This document shows, piece by piece, positions 1 through 12,359 of a DNA stretch of 64,000 nucleotides; position 1 is the stretch's first letter; every line of letters begins with the position of its first letter. Location: NCBI RefSeq assembly GCF_964204645.1, contig NC_134029.1, positions 19,648,950-19,712,949 on the forward strand, given 5' to 3'. This DNA comes from Tubulanus polymorphus (lineage: Eukaryota; Animalia; Nemertea). Both the position numbers and the translations under genes were made by a program. A model generated the notes under the pieces. It made no database searches. It was not told the DNA's origin and saw only the letters and a list, made by a program, of their open reading frames with translations.

Positions 1-1600
1 TCGGTTCAGAATGTTTGCGGCAAAAAACCTCCTCCAGGGCTATCGAAATCGGATGTATCAACGGTCGTGTCAGACACGCTTGGATGCTTCCGGGCATTGC
101 GTAAGTGCTGATTGGCCGACGCGATGCGCAGATGATGATGACGTCATATAGACGTCACATTATATCGATTTTGCGCTGAAACTGAAAGTAGAAGATGAGA
201 TTTGTTTTTCACAGTTAATCGTTTTTCTTTTGACCGACCATATTCAATCGCGGACTCCAAAAAGACATGACCGTCATATTACGTAGAGATCTTGCTACTG
301 AAAAAAAACCCAGAAGGGCGGTAGATACATGCTAACTGAGTCCCATGGGTTTCATAGGAGCGACAACTAATTAATCAACTTACTTGTATCATCAGTATTT
401 ATGCGGTCGGTTTGCGATACGTGCTCGGTCGAAACATTGATCCACCTGAGGTTATAAAGAGGAAAGTAACATCGCCGAAATAACTAATCGGCGATGGCGA
501 TGATACGCCCGTGGAATATTGTATATTAATACCGATTATTTTGGCGTACACAGAAACTGTACTTTTAACTGATATTGGACCGATGTATTAAGTCCTTTTG
601 TAATAAATATCAATCGACCCAATCGACCTTGTTGCGACGCGACCTGTGCTCATTTTGTCCGATCGTCCAATTAAACTGCACAAAGCCGCGGATTTAATGA
701 ATTGTATAGTTTAGATCTATACGGTTATTTCCCTTGATGGAAGATATAAAATCTAATTGTGATAGGCCTGATTTTCAAATCATATCTACTTATGGATTTA
801 TCTTAATTACTGTTTTTAGTGATGACGAGGGCAAGAGATGTCGGACTATCGGCTAATCGATTGCGACGTTAGCGAACAACTTTCCATTATCCGAAAAAGC
901 GTAGGCATTTTCAAATCTTTGATGAGGGCAAGTAAGATTGAAAATTGTTTTCCCAATATTGCTAGAACATTGACCGATGGCAATATTGATCGCATTCGTC
1001 TGGCTATGTATCGTTTAGCTCCATATTTGGTTCTACCTAACGATTTCTATGAACCGTTTAAAATGTAATCTATTTCAATATTTTACGGAAATATTATTTC
1101 AATTTTCAAAAAATAAGGTGTACTTATACACGCTCGCACACTCCCGTGGGTTCGGCTCAAGGTCAGATGCGTGTCAGTCACGGAGTCCCGATGGGAAAAT
1201 GATATCTGGAAAGATATTGTGAAATAACAAACACTGACAGTAAACCGACACTGCCTCCTGGTGTAGGACACGAATGTTTTTACCTTAGAGGCGGCAAAGA
1301 TCACATTTCTCTTCAATAGGGCTCTATACCCTATCTAACCCCCAACTAGTTGGCATAAATCGAGAATGATATATCAGTTGGAAAATTTACATGTTTGTAG
1401 GTGAATTAGTACACAAGAAAGTAAAGGGGGGAAAGAACAAATCATGGATAGAATATTTAAAATAACAGGATAATTGGCATGATTGAGGGTATTGAAAAAA
1501 ATTAATTAACCAGAAATTGAATAGTTTAATACTGCGCTTTTTATCTTTTATCATTCAGGATCCAGTTCTAAGTCAGTAATTTCAATAACCTTACTCTCGA

Positions 1601-1675
1601 TAGTTAGATTTGATCAGCCAGACCCAACTTCTAGTGTGACACTAGAAGTTAGGTCTGGCTGATCAAATCTAACTA
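1601..1675. repeat. 75-bp near-perfect hairpin, probable tiny MITE
   Basis: TAGTTAGATTTGATCAGCCAGACCCAACTTCTAGTGT-G-ACACTAGAAGTTAGGTCTGGCTGATCAAATCTAACTA: 37-bp arms, one mismatch, 1-nt centre, TA at both ends. Confidence 0.85.
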
Positions 1676-3213
1676 ATTGGGCGGGCGATCTATTTCACGA
1701 ATATCCTAAGAGATGCTAAATGGAAACAAGTAGTTGGTTGCCAGGGAGCCTTTATTAAAGTGCCTGCCTTGGGAGCGTATATCAATTTTCTTCTCACTAC
1801 AAACGACGACATGGTGTGATTTTTAATTCACATTCTCGGCTTCCCTAAGGAATAAAACGATGTCAATTGTTCCGCAGGGCCATCAGTGTTTGAATGTTTA
1901 ACCACCTTTGCCCTTGAAATATTCTCCCCCGGGGCACGCGAGCAAGAAATGCTGCTTAGTCATCGACGCCGGCGCCGCGGCCGCATCGACATCTCTCTCA
2001 TAAACAACCCCTTAATATGCTAATACCATCCGTGTGGTCAGTAAACTAGTTATTTTAGCGTATTTCGTCTGGCTGAGCAAGAACAATAATAACTATCGTC
2101 CCGATATCTAATCGATTTTGCACATCCATCTAATTATTTGACAGGAAATCGGAAAACAGCATCGGAAAGAGTAATATATAGTTTCTGACGAATGGCCACC
2201 GTAATTACATTTACACCTGAACAGGCTCTATATAGTGATTGGCAGTGCGTCTGACGAGGAACCAGCAGATGAACTAATAGTGATTTTCCTGCAAAGAATA
2301 AGATATGATTCATTTCGAAGAAATCGGCATTATAAACCGTTAAATTTCTATTTGCGAATGAATATCTAACGTTTTTCTTCTTTTTTTTTGGTTCTAGCTA
2401 TCATTTCCGATTTAGACCGGAATTCATTCATAAACACATCTCTTAAAGTTCAAAACATATTCATATTTCGAAAACAAACAGAAACAGACTGGGTTAATTG
2501 AACGGACTGGGATACGTGGGCTTTGGATGCCTGGGGCATCTCATTATAAACACTGTACCAATTAATAATAGAAGTAATGTGAAATAACCAAAACACACCC
2601 AAAGGGTCAGTAATGAAAAGCCAATCCTAATGTTTTAGTCTTCGAATAAGATACATAAAGGTGTGGGATTTTTCATCAATGTTATTAGCACGTGTTTTGC
2701 ACACACGATCTATATCAGGTGTCTTCGTGTGTGTCACCGTAAAAAACACGTCGAGTGACGAAAGCAGACACCGCCGCGTTTATAACAAATACGCTTCGAA
2801 AGTGACAACGGATTCATTCGAGAGGCCCGATCTCGTTGCTTCGGGAAATTTCCCAGAAATGTCATACTTACCGCGCGGTGACTAATCACTCGGGCGAAAA
2901 ACATATCACGCGCTGCTTGACTCCACGCGAAATTCCACTCGGAAACTTTGTTCGAAAGTCCACACTGTAGTAGACCTTCAGGGACAGCGAAGATACTATA
3001 GAGACACCGTGTCCACTTCGCGAAGTATTTGAAAATCTGAGAATTTTTACCAGATTGCTCCAAGCGAACGTATACAGAAACGAATGACAATCATAGTGCA
3101 TGGTATGAGCTCAAAAATGTATCTTATTAATGTTAACTGTTGTTTAATAATGTTAAAAAATTCCACATAAAAGCCTATGGAAAAAGTACGTTATTCCACT
3201 ACCTAGCGCCCCT

Positions 3214-3322
3214 GGCCCAGTTTTATAGACTGGTATTACCTTTAACCCTGGGGCTAACTTACTATATTTTCGATTGAGTTCACCCCCGGGTTAAAGGTAA
3301 TACCGGTCTATAAAACTAGACC
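3214..3322. mobile_element. Fold-back MITE, PIF/Harbinger-like termini
   Basis: GGCCCAGTTTTATAGACTGGTATTACCTTTAACCCTGGGG ... CCCCGGGTTAAAGGTAATACCGGTCTATAAAACTAGACC, about 40-bp inverted arms. Superfamily inferred only from the GGCCCAG terminus. Confidence 0.75.
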
Positions 3323-3678
3323 CATGGTGAATATACGATATGGGGCCAGTTTCTGGACTTATGTCCTTACTGATAGTTTTTTTCGGGAAATTTCATCTCG
3401 CAGCTAAGGCAACGTGTATATCTCAGGCAGTATCGTGTAGGTTGCTTTACCGTTGAAAGCGGTGAAGGTCACCAGCGCCCACGACCACGTGATCACATCG
3501 AGATCAAATGGATGATGAGTATCATTGTATGTCGACAAAACGAATGTAGTATATCAAATTTCGAATTTCAAATGTTCCATCAAAAAGGTCGTTGAGCCTC
3601 GTGACGCCTTAGCTGACAGAGTTATAAGTCATCGCGGAAAATGTCAAAATGATTTCTTCGAAGCTGATTTCAATTTCT

Positions 3679-3986
3679 CACGCTCCCTCGGCAGGGATTC
3701 GAACCTGATAACATCACAAGACAGCCACGACACGGAATCCTGCCTGATTAGCCCGAGTGTGCAGACACACGGGATGAGGTCATTAAATTATAGCTAATCA
3801 GAAATCCCGTTTCATTCATGTCGGCTTATCATTCTATTCATACTTACCCCTCGAATCTGCCTCAAATTTGGCTAATATCATATAACCTACGCATGTACCT
3901 CCGTACTCGGGCTAATCAAGCAGAGTTTCACACCGCGGCATAGTCCCACGATACCATCGGATTCGAACCCCTGCCGATGGAAGATG
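3679..3986. mobile_element. Fold-back element family A (tRNA-like TIRs), copy 1
   Basis: Left arm CTCCCTCGGCAGGGATTCGAACCTGAT, right arm ATCGGATTCGAACCCCTGCCGATGGAAGATG. Interior GCTAATCAGAAATCCCGTTTCATTC is shared with the copies at 53.8 and 54.9 kb. Confidence 0.8.
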
Positions 3987-4518
3987 CCATTTTTAAAAGG
4001 AAGTGGTCGGTCGACACGTTGATTAGGTTTAGTTGTTAGTTGTTAGTATAGGCAGATCATCTGTCAAGTGCGTGTAAAAAAACTGCGCAGCACAGACCGT
4101 ATCTATAGTACAAATCAGCATGGTGGCCGGATAAAAAAAACCGATTGAAATGGTTAACAAAAGTATTGAAAAATAAACAGATAGACTGAAATCAACGGAT
4201 CCTTGGCTCACTACTTCCTCGGGTTTTTAGCATTACAAAAACACCGACTTGACTGGTTCGTATAATGCCCTGTGAGCGGATGTTTGTTCGGCATCGTTAT
4301 GCGACTATTTCCCCTGGATCATCTCCCCTCACCGGTCAACCAGAAGTAAGAACATTTCTCAGTTAATTAGCGAGATATTAGTTTTTCCGCGCACGGCCGT
4401 CGGCGACGTTTGGTGCAACACACGGTTATAGGAACCTCGGACGCAAGCGCGCGGCATCTGCTTCATCCCGGCTTCCGGCGAGACAACCGACAATTAAGGC
4501 CAGCATTCCGAGGATGAT

Positions 4519-5763
4519 CTGATTAACAGGTTATCTTCTTTTATTGATAAACACAATATTCTCTCATGTAACCAATTCGGTTTTCGAAAAGGTCTCTCCA
4601 CGTCACATGCTTTAATCGCATTTACTAATTACATCACTGAGAATCTAGATAATGGAAAATTTACTGTTAGTATCATGCTTGATTTAAAAAAAGCATTTGA
4701 CACTATTGATCATTCTATATTATTAGACAAGTTGTATAGTTACGGAATTCGAGGGGTTGCTCATTCATGGTTCAAATCCTACCTCACTAACCGCTTACAG
4801 CAAGTGTCGTTCAAGAACTATTTATCTGATGTCAGTCCCATTCCTATAGGGGTACCTCAGGGTTCCATCTTAGGGCCCTTGCTATTCATTTTGTTTGTTA
4901 ATGACATCGTTTATTCTTGTAATTTAAACTTTTTACTATTTGCTGACGATACGACTGCCATTAACTCTCATTCCGATCTGAATATACTGCAATCAAATAC
5001 TAATGTTGAGCTCACTAAACTGTTTAACTGGCTAAACTCCAATAGGCTATCTGCTAATCTGTTGAAAACGAATTATATGCTTTTCCATAAAAAGATCAAT
5101 ATTCTTGACGATATCGACCTTGTAATGGGTAATGTTTCAATAACTAGAAACAGAGAAACAAAATTCCTTGGTGTAATAATTGACGACAGCCTAACATGGA
5201 ACTCCCACATAAACAAGCTGTGCTCTATTGTTAGCAGAAATATTGGTGTATTAAGAAAAGCACGACGTATTTTTCCTAGATCCGCGCTCATCAAGTTATT
5301 CAACGGTTTCATCCTTCCGTATCTACAGTACTGTAATATCGTCTGGGCATCTAATTATGTAACTAGGTTACGACCCCTTATTTTGCTTCAAAAACGCGCT
5401 ATTCGCATTGCTAGTGGGGTAAATTTTCTAGAACACACTACTCCACTGTTCAAAAAGTCGTATCAACTCAAACTTCAAGACATCAATGTGTTCCAAAATT
5501 CTGTACTGATGTATAAATCTGTCCATGTGTTGCTGCCTGTCAAATTGTCCAATAGTTTAATTCGTATTTCTGATCTTCATTCCCACAACACCCGTAACTC
5601 TAATCAATTTCGTTTACCTTATTACAGAACCAATATCAGGATGTTTTCTCCTAACATTAATTGTATTAGAGTCTGGAATTCTCTTCCAACTGAACTTCAG
5701 CAAGCATCCAACATCGATATATTCAAGCGGAATTTGAAAAGACATATAATAGGATTGTATTAA
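4519..5763 (+). CDS. Partial LINE ORF2: reverse transcriptase and C-terminal domain
   Basis: Frame is open upstream of Met 4675 (LINRLSSFIDKHNILSCNQFGFRKGLST). Motifs QFGFR, LDLKKAFDTIDH, GVPQGSILGPLLF, FADDT, KFLGV, WNSLP. In-frame stop at 4495-4497 lies upstream of the homology. Confidence 0.92.
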   Translation: MINRLSSFIDKHNILSCNQFGFRKGLSTSHALIAFTNYITENLDNGKFTVSIMLDLKKAFDTIDHSILLDKLYSYGIRGVAHSWFKSYLTNRLQQVSFKNYLSDVSPIPIGVPQGSILGPLLFILFVNDIVYSCNLNFLLFADDTTAINSHSDLNILQSNTNVELTKLFNWLNSNRLSANLLKTNYMLFHKKINILDDIDLVMGNVSITRNRETKFLGVIIDDSLTWNSHINKLCSIVSRNIGVLRKARRIFPRSALIKLFNGFILPYLQYCNIVWASNYVTRLRPLILLQKRAIRIASGVNFLEHTTPLFKKSYQLKLQDINVFQNSVLMYKSVHVLLPVKLSNSLIRISDLHSHNTRNSNQFRLPYYRTNIRMFSPNINCIRVWNSLPTELQQASNIDIFKRNLKRHIIGLY

Positions 5764-5989
5764 TACTTATCATACTTGTGTTTAACATCATGTCCATCCA
5801 TTCCGCCAGGGCATTAGGCTTTTTTTCATTAAAAGTATACCCCCCTTTGGGGTCCCTTTTTGTCCTTTTTCTTTACTACGCTTTACAGTGTAGAAGTACT
5901 TTCTGTAACTTTTCTTTTATGTAATAGTGATGACTGTATTTCTGTATTGTATCTCTTTAGTGAAGAAATAAACTTATTATATATATATA
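4519..5989 (+). mobile_element. 5'-truncated non-LTR retrotransposon, CR1/L2 group (Crack/Daphne-like)
   Basis: RT-homologous frame from about 4519 to the stop at 5763, then about 200 bp of 3' UTR, AATAAA at 5967-5972 and a (TA)n tail to about 5989. No endonuclease domain. No TSD seen. Confidence 0.9.
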
Positions 5990-8544
5990 ATCGTAGAAAT
6001 GTCTGTTTCTGGGCCTCGGGCATTATGTATATATAAACACCTCCCAACATGGGTATATGCATTAACACTAAGTGGTGTTTTTTTCTCGATAAATCTCTAG
6101 ATAAGCAATGCGGATCTTCCAACGCTCATGCGTGGCGAGCGAGGTCCGCGTGGTTACTCGGTCATTCGCGCGTTCAATTTATTTGAAAATCTATGGAGTT
6201 TTCTCATAAATAAATCGATTATTGATGGAAACTTACTCCAATAGTTGAGTAGAAAAATAGATTAAAGTATATAAAGTAAAATATTGTTTGATTGGGAATC
6301 GAACTGGCTATTGTAAAAAGCAGTACACGTCATACGACGTAGACAGATGGGGACTGTTTGAGTACTATGGCTACTGGTGCAAACACAAGTTACGTTTATG
6401 GTGACCGATATGATGGTCATAAATTAGGCGTAAGTGACGCGACGCACTTCAGCAAATTAGCCCAGGCTCGTATCGAGCGCTGAACAAACGCCGTATATTT
6501 TCGACGAGTTTTGCCAAAGGACAATATAACCGGAATTTATCACCGTCTCGCTTCGATATGAGTAAGATGCCCCGGTGTCTCCTCGTCGCCACGTTATGGC
6601 TATGTTCGTACCGAGAACGAATACCGCGCCGAGAAGTGTGACACTTAAGGGCAAAATTATATCTCAGATTGAGTTGGAAGCGTTCACGATAATCAAATCC
6701 GTGTTCGTAAATAAGCTACTTAAATTCTCACCAAGGCCGCAATCATCCGGCGCGTGCTTCGAGGCATCGAGATCTTACACCTCATTTGCATTTTAATCTC
6801 CGTTATTTTGAGAAGTTTGATTATTTGAAGATGATCTGCGCGATCTTGAGTACCATTATCAATCATTTCCCGCATCAGTGATGTCTCTATGTACCGCATG
6901 TATTATTAGTTTGTATGATGAAGGAAATATAAGCAATCTTAGTAACTTAGAAAACGACCAAACACAACTAAAAACTAGACAATATGATCTTCAACCTTCA
7001 TAGTATAGTTAATTCCAAATCTCGATGTACTAAATTAGGCAACCAAAATTCAGCCCTACTCGGTCGCTTGCTGGTTCAGGCTGGATGGACGATTGGTTTA
7101 GATGAAACGGCACATAGATTTCCAAATACGAACTTCGATTCAAATAAAAAGAATTCTGTACATTGACTGATCATCCAACTATATCCGTACTTCGATTATG
7201 TTTACAATGTTTTACATATCATGAGTAAATGAATCAGCATTCATTCGATTTCCGATTTCAAAATGGTGGGTTTGTAAGGGACACTAAGTCAAATCAAATC
7301 AAATTTACCAATCAAATAAATGAGAGGGACAACCATCTGTATTTTAAGACCGAATAACGCATAGTTATTCATTGTTTTCAACACGAAACGATAGCTAAAA
7401 TTTCAAAGGTTGCACGTTGCACCTTGCACGTAGCGCGTATTGTACCTGGCCGCGATGCGCTGTTGCCCTAACATCGTTTCTGGCAAGGCCACGAAATGAG
7501 CAGTCTTCGCTGCTAGACACAACTCGTGGAGGTGTACAGCAAACACTGCAAATCTAATGATGTTTTTGCGCATGCAAGAAATATGAACATATTTTTTCTT
7601 TTATGAACCTTGATAAACCCAATGATGATATATCATGCCCACATGAGAGTAGGATATTCCTCGAAACTAGCGTTTTACCAACTGTCGTCGTTAAGATCTT
7701 AGAAACGTTTTCTTTTCTTTTCTTTTCTGATAGGTGCAATTGCATTCTCTTTAGCGTCAAAAGTTCACTATTGAACATAACGTCAACGAATATTGTACGA
7801 AACGTAATTCAGCTCGGCTAAGGTGCGGAAAAGCATTTGACTCGTCGACGGAAAACACCTGTCGCACTTCCACATCTTTATCCCCGAACATCTTGATTAC
7901 TCAGGTTCGTCGTATAAGTAAAAGGCGAACCTCGTGGCATTCCGTCACCGTTTCATCGAATTGTCCACTCGAAAATTGGCAAAAATGACACCGAAATGTT
8001 ACCAATGGCGTGACTCAATGAATCCATATCGTGTACAACCACCTGCAGTTTCTCAGCCTTTGTCGCCGGAGACGTATTGGAAATTTAGACTCGCTCTCTC
8101 TCTCGTTTCCTTATTTTGTCGCGCGCACCAATTTTCTTCAAAGAAATGCGCCACTTGTAGCGATACGAAAAAATGAGCCGGTGATTTTGTTCTGTTGCGA
8201 AAAGAAGAAAAAACTATATCGACCATAGCTGTATCAGTGCAGAGGGTTGTTACCGGTAAATGTCGACTGTCAAGTAGAGCACCTCTCACCTGACGCAAGT
8301 CTCTGACGAACTAATGCAGTTCAATAGATAGATTTTATGCTGCTTATCTAAAAAATGGTACGAGCTTGTATAATAAAAAGCAAAATCGTGCCACATTTCA
8401 CTGTCATAAAGTCCAATTACTCCATAGTTTGTTTATCGACACATTCGAATCAGCATTATCTCATATTTCCCTCATTTTTGGGGACTTTAGCCTGAATTTT
8501 TAACAATTCCAAAAGATTAAGGGCCTTATGACAAAATAACGGCC

Positions 8545-8752
8545 GACGGTGCTAAGCGCTTTCTATGAAAAGTACATACAACGAAAAGCGGGCAGCCAAT
8601 TTATAAGTGTTGAGCTTGGGATGAAAGTAGAACAGTTTGGGGAATGGCGAGAATAGTGTTAAATCTTGATTTTGGTTCGGAAAAAGAGATTGAGAGAGTA
8701 TGAAGGGAATTATGGTGGAAGAGGTGTTCGTTTCGAATAACTTTTTGAAAGG
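8545..8752 (-). mobile_element. Degraded L2-like LINE 3' end
   Basis: Minus strand reads FKKL..(frameshift)..HLF, resembling the L2 C-terminal FKxxLKTHLF, followed about 170 bp later by AAAGCGCTTAGCAC, which resembles the L2 tail. Confidence 0.4.
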
Positions 8753-9903
8753 TTTTTTTTGGGAAATCGTGAAGACGCGGGCTGAAGCGTGGAAACAGCA
8801 TAAGGTTACCAATCCTGCATGTGAAAGACGCAGAAAGTAACAACAGAATTGAAGTTACAACAAAGAAGTTTATACAACAGGAGTGGGCAAGTTCTCTTCG
8901 TTTGGTTCATTACGCATCCAATCCGCAAGAAACAACGGCAGAATCCACTGGTCAACAAACCATCCAAGAAAAACTTATACCAGTACCATTTCACATGAAC
9001 AACTCACGAGCTTCGTTGCATCGCGATGACACTCTCTTCCAGCAAAAACGGTGTGATAAATGTGTTTTCGCACGAATCATGTGCCCGTCTTACTTCTTCA
9101 GACAACGGCGGTCTCGACACGAAAAAAATACCGTTGTCCTTCCAAAAAACCAACCTACATCGACGACATTCAACCACGTCGCCAAAAGGCTCGTATTTCG
9201 TTATGTCTGAGGGTATAAAAGACATAATCATCATTATCGTCTCGTAACACCGTGAGAATTTTTTAACGTAAATTACCGCGTTTCGCATTTCTTAATCGTG
9301 GCTCGTTACGCGTGGGAGTATGTCTCAATGACAGCGAGACTCAGAATCACGCGCGCGAGTTGGTGGTTCCCAGTCCAAACATCGACACCTACGCATCGGG
9401 GACCAGGGCAACCGAACACGCCAATTCGGACCCATTTTTATTAATCAAGGGGCTATTTCCCGAGTTTTCCTCGAGGCTTTGATACTCTAATGAACAAAAT
9501 GGGATAACTAGGTCCACTTGCTCTAGGTCTGCAGCGGTTTATCAGACACATTAATAACTGACACAGCGTTACCCAGCGAATAGGTGGCTTGAAATTATCT
9601 CTATTCTAAAAATACCCGATGAATAGTTGATAGAATAGTCTTTTATAAACTGGATATAAAAACATGTGATCAACGTGTCATTCCGTTTATTCGTACAACA
9701 TCGTTGTTTTTCGTTTGCATCGCTGAATGTATGTGGCGATTGCCTTTCCATGCCGTTGAACACTTGTTTGAACACTTTATATGAGTTTGGTAAAGAGTAT
9801 AGTTTTTAAATGTATCTTTTATTCGTTTACTTTAAGTTTCGAATCATTAATGTGTGAAATGCACATTTCATGGTATACCAAAAAGAAGTTATAGTCTATA
9901 AAC

Positions 9904-10141
9904 CGCCAAGTCGAACATTTTAGATCCTTTCTTTAAATATCTTGTCGACATATTTCGGCAAGCCCATGTTTCTTTCATCAGAAGCAACCAGAACTAATTA
10001 TAGACCATACTTAGTAAATGACATAGCATTGAGATGAGCAGAACTTGAAAGAATAATTGGCAGGGTAATAGAGCGACAATTAAGATTTGTATATTATGTA
10101 AATACAACACAAGAAAAGGATCTAAAATGTTCGCCTTGGCG
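9904..10141. mobile_element. Element with 30-bp inverted ends and a decayed hammerhead-like motif (Penelope-like derivative?)
   Basis: CGCCAAGTCGAACATTTTAGATCCTTTCTT versus its reverse complement at 10111-10141. Minus strand 9981-9946 reads CTGATGA-N19-GAAATATGTC. Confidence 0.6.
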
Positions 10142-10368
10142 TTTTGTTTATTATTGACACTCGAGACTTTTTCATTACAACCGGAAAGTTATAGCCTGAT
10201 AAAATAGCGTTTCTGCTTGTTCTAGGTATCACTGGATTCCGTAACGGAAGAAGTACGCATAAGCCGATAAGTTATCGGGTTTCTCGAAGACGCCTTTTTC
10301 GTACCACAAAATCGTAAGCTCATTAACGGCCTTATATTCAAGAATGAATTATACGGACGCATTTCGAA

Positions 10369-10795
10369 TCAGGCTCGTAATTCCCGGTTAGGCGCCGATT
10401 CGGAATGATACCATCCTCCCAAGCAAGGATTCGAACCTGATGGCATCGCTACACTCAGCCACGGCACGAACCCCTGCCACACTAGACTGGGTGCGCAGGT
10501 ACATGCGCAGCTTTGCCGCGCGAAAACTAAAATAAAAAGGGATACCTGAATGGCACCTTCTAAGCTGCGCATGTAGCTGCGCACTCGGTCTAGTTTGGCA
10601 GGGTTTCGTACCGCGGCAATCTCGGTGCCATCAGGTTCGAATCCTTGCCGGGGGAGGATGAAATAATACCGGCGCGTCGAGCTACAGGGCACACGACGTG
10701 TTTGAAAAAAAAACTGGGATCTGCCATCGGTCTTCGCGAGCAAAACTGAACACAATAAAATACATGTCGTACTGGTGGCAACAGCTGTCGAAGCG
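10369..10795 (-). other. Candidate second exon of a divergent minus-strand transcript
   Basis: Strong acceptor GGGGTTTCTCTTTTTTTGCAG| ending at 10796. Phase matches the donor at 11808. Frame open to 10369, running through family A copy 2. Confidence 0.35.
10412..10660. mobile_element. Fold-back element family A, copy 2 (internally deleted)
   Basis: CATCCTCCCAAGCAAGGATTCGAACCTGATGGCATCG ... CGGTGCCATCAGGTTCGAATCCTTGCCGGGGGAGGATG, about 95-bp imperfect arms. Confidence 0.85.
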
Positions 10796-11808
10796 CTGCA
10801 AAAAAAGAGAAACCCCAGTGCATTTATCAAACGCACTGTCTAAACCACTGGGAGCTGAACGCCGATCGTAGCTAACTGCTGTGAAGAAAACGTTTGTAAA
10901 AGCTTCCGTTTAGCTTTATGTCGAAAATTTCGATTGATCTCGCAGCGTGGGGTTATTATTAGTTGCTTCTTTTTTGTATTAATTCGCTATTTTCCTGTTA
11001 CGCGACTTGCGCCGGTACGCGAGCGTTACTTGAAAGAAGAATGGGAGATGACTTTGAAAATGAGCAGAATTATGATTGAATATACCTCCATCCCCAAAAA
11101 AACAAAATCAACAACGTATTCGAAAATGGTTCGGCTATTGAGCTTTTTATAGATTACCTAGTACACCCGACCTATGGAGAAAAACTAAGTATCGAAATTG
11201 AATTTTAAAATAGTCATTATTCACCACGCTAGTGTGATGATGAAATGCATAGAAGCATTGGAAATACATGTACGCGATTTTAAAGTGAAATCAGTGAATA
11301 GAATATCAGACTGTTAAATCTCGCATTTTTCACGTTTAATATTCGCTTGTAATAGTTATAGTATATGGTGATGACTCGTGGCGGTAGAACACGACAGATG
11401 TGCCTTATTGTTAACACAACTGGTACATCAACCACAGCCTAGTTCGGAATTAACCTTGCCCTTCAGTCGAGTGTCGAGAGAACCACGAGGGTAGAACAAT
11501 TTATTCTTTATTCTCTTGTACTTTACGGAATATATACACGCAAAAATAATTCGTTTAACGCTAGTTGATAATCGAATGGATTTTGTGACTGGTGTCGACG
11601 GCAAACGGCTGATGGCGGCACGCGCGCTTTTATTTGTAACCCGAGTACAACACCGATAACCTACGTACGAACGTACATTTCGCGTTTCGTTCGATCGAAT
11701 GCGGCGGCGGCGTCGCTGAGCTTTAGCATTTGTAACGATTATACATTTCCCGCCAACTCAAACCTGCCTCCGCATCTCTCGCGCGAGCTCGGTTGACAAT
11801 GGACTTAC

Positions 11809-11909
11809 CCGCCAGTGCTACTACTACGCGCCGTCATTTCTAGATTCGGGTTCGCGGCTGCCGCATCTCGCTTTCGCTCTCCGAGTTTAGTGTCTTTCTC
11901 GCGCATCAT
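11809..11909 (-). other. Candidate first exon of a divergent minus-strand transcript
   Basis: In-frame ATGs at 11909, 11906 and 11837 (..MTARSSSTGG), ending in consensus donor CGG|GTAAGT (intron starts 11808, phase 2). TATA-like run at 11970-11978 upstream. Confidence 0.4.
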
Positions 11910-12210
11910 GACGTGACACCAACGCGAGCGCGACAACTGCTGAGGAATTTTCAAAAGAACTGCTATACGTATATATATTTCCCCACGAGTTTTCAACTTT
12001 TCACAATACCTCCTACCGGCGATGAATTCGGTTCTTTCAAAAGTCGTGGGATTTATATGACTGTGTTTTATACGGCGAAGATTTATTAGCGAGTCGACAC
12101 AGAACGAGTGCGAAACGTGTTTGGCGCTCGGCGGTCTTCACTTACTGTCAGTACATTTAAATCGCGACTATATTCATAAGACGTGTATAGTTGACTGAAT
12201 TCTACTTCAG
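11900..12210. promoter_or_regulatory. Candidate bidirectional promoter region
   Basis: Adjacent to a GC/CpG-rich patch (about 11600-11940). CRE-like TGACGTGA at 11909-11916, TATATAT at 11970-11978, Inr-like TCAGT at 12148 and 12207. Lies between two oppositely oriented consensus donors. Confidence 0.45.
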
Positions 12211-12359
12211 TGGAACTAATAAACTAACTATGGACATACGCGATTTTTCGATGGAGTCGAATGTGGACAAAGGATAGAAACCAAACCGAACGTAAACAAA
12301 CAGCTTCGAGTCACTTTCATTGTCAACACGATTCGTTTTGCGGAGCGTGTACTGAAAAC

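Noticed and set aside
105-160. CCAAT box plus TGACGTCA (139-146) as a promoter
   Set aside because: No associated exon, it lies at the window edge, and such motif pairs are common inside MITEs.
4675-5763. RT as a retron, group II intron or defence RT
   Set aside because: The motifs, C-terminal domain, 3' UTR and tail are those of a metazoan CR1/L2-group LINE, and the context is eukaryotic.
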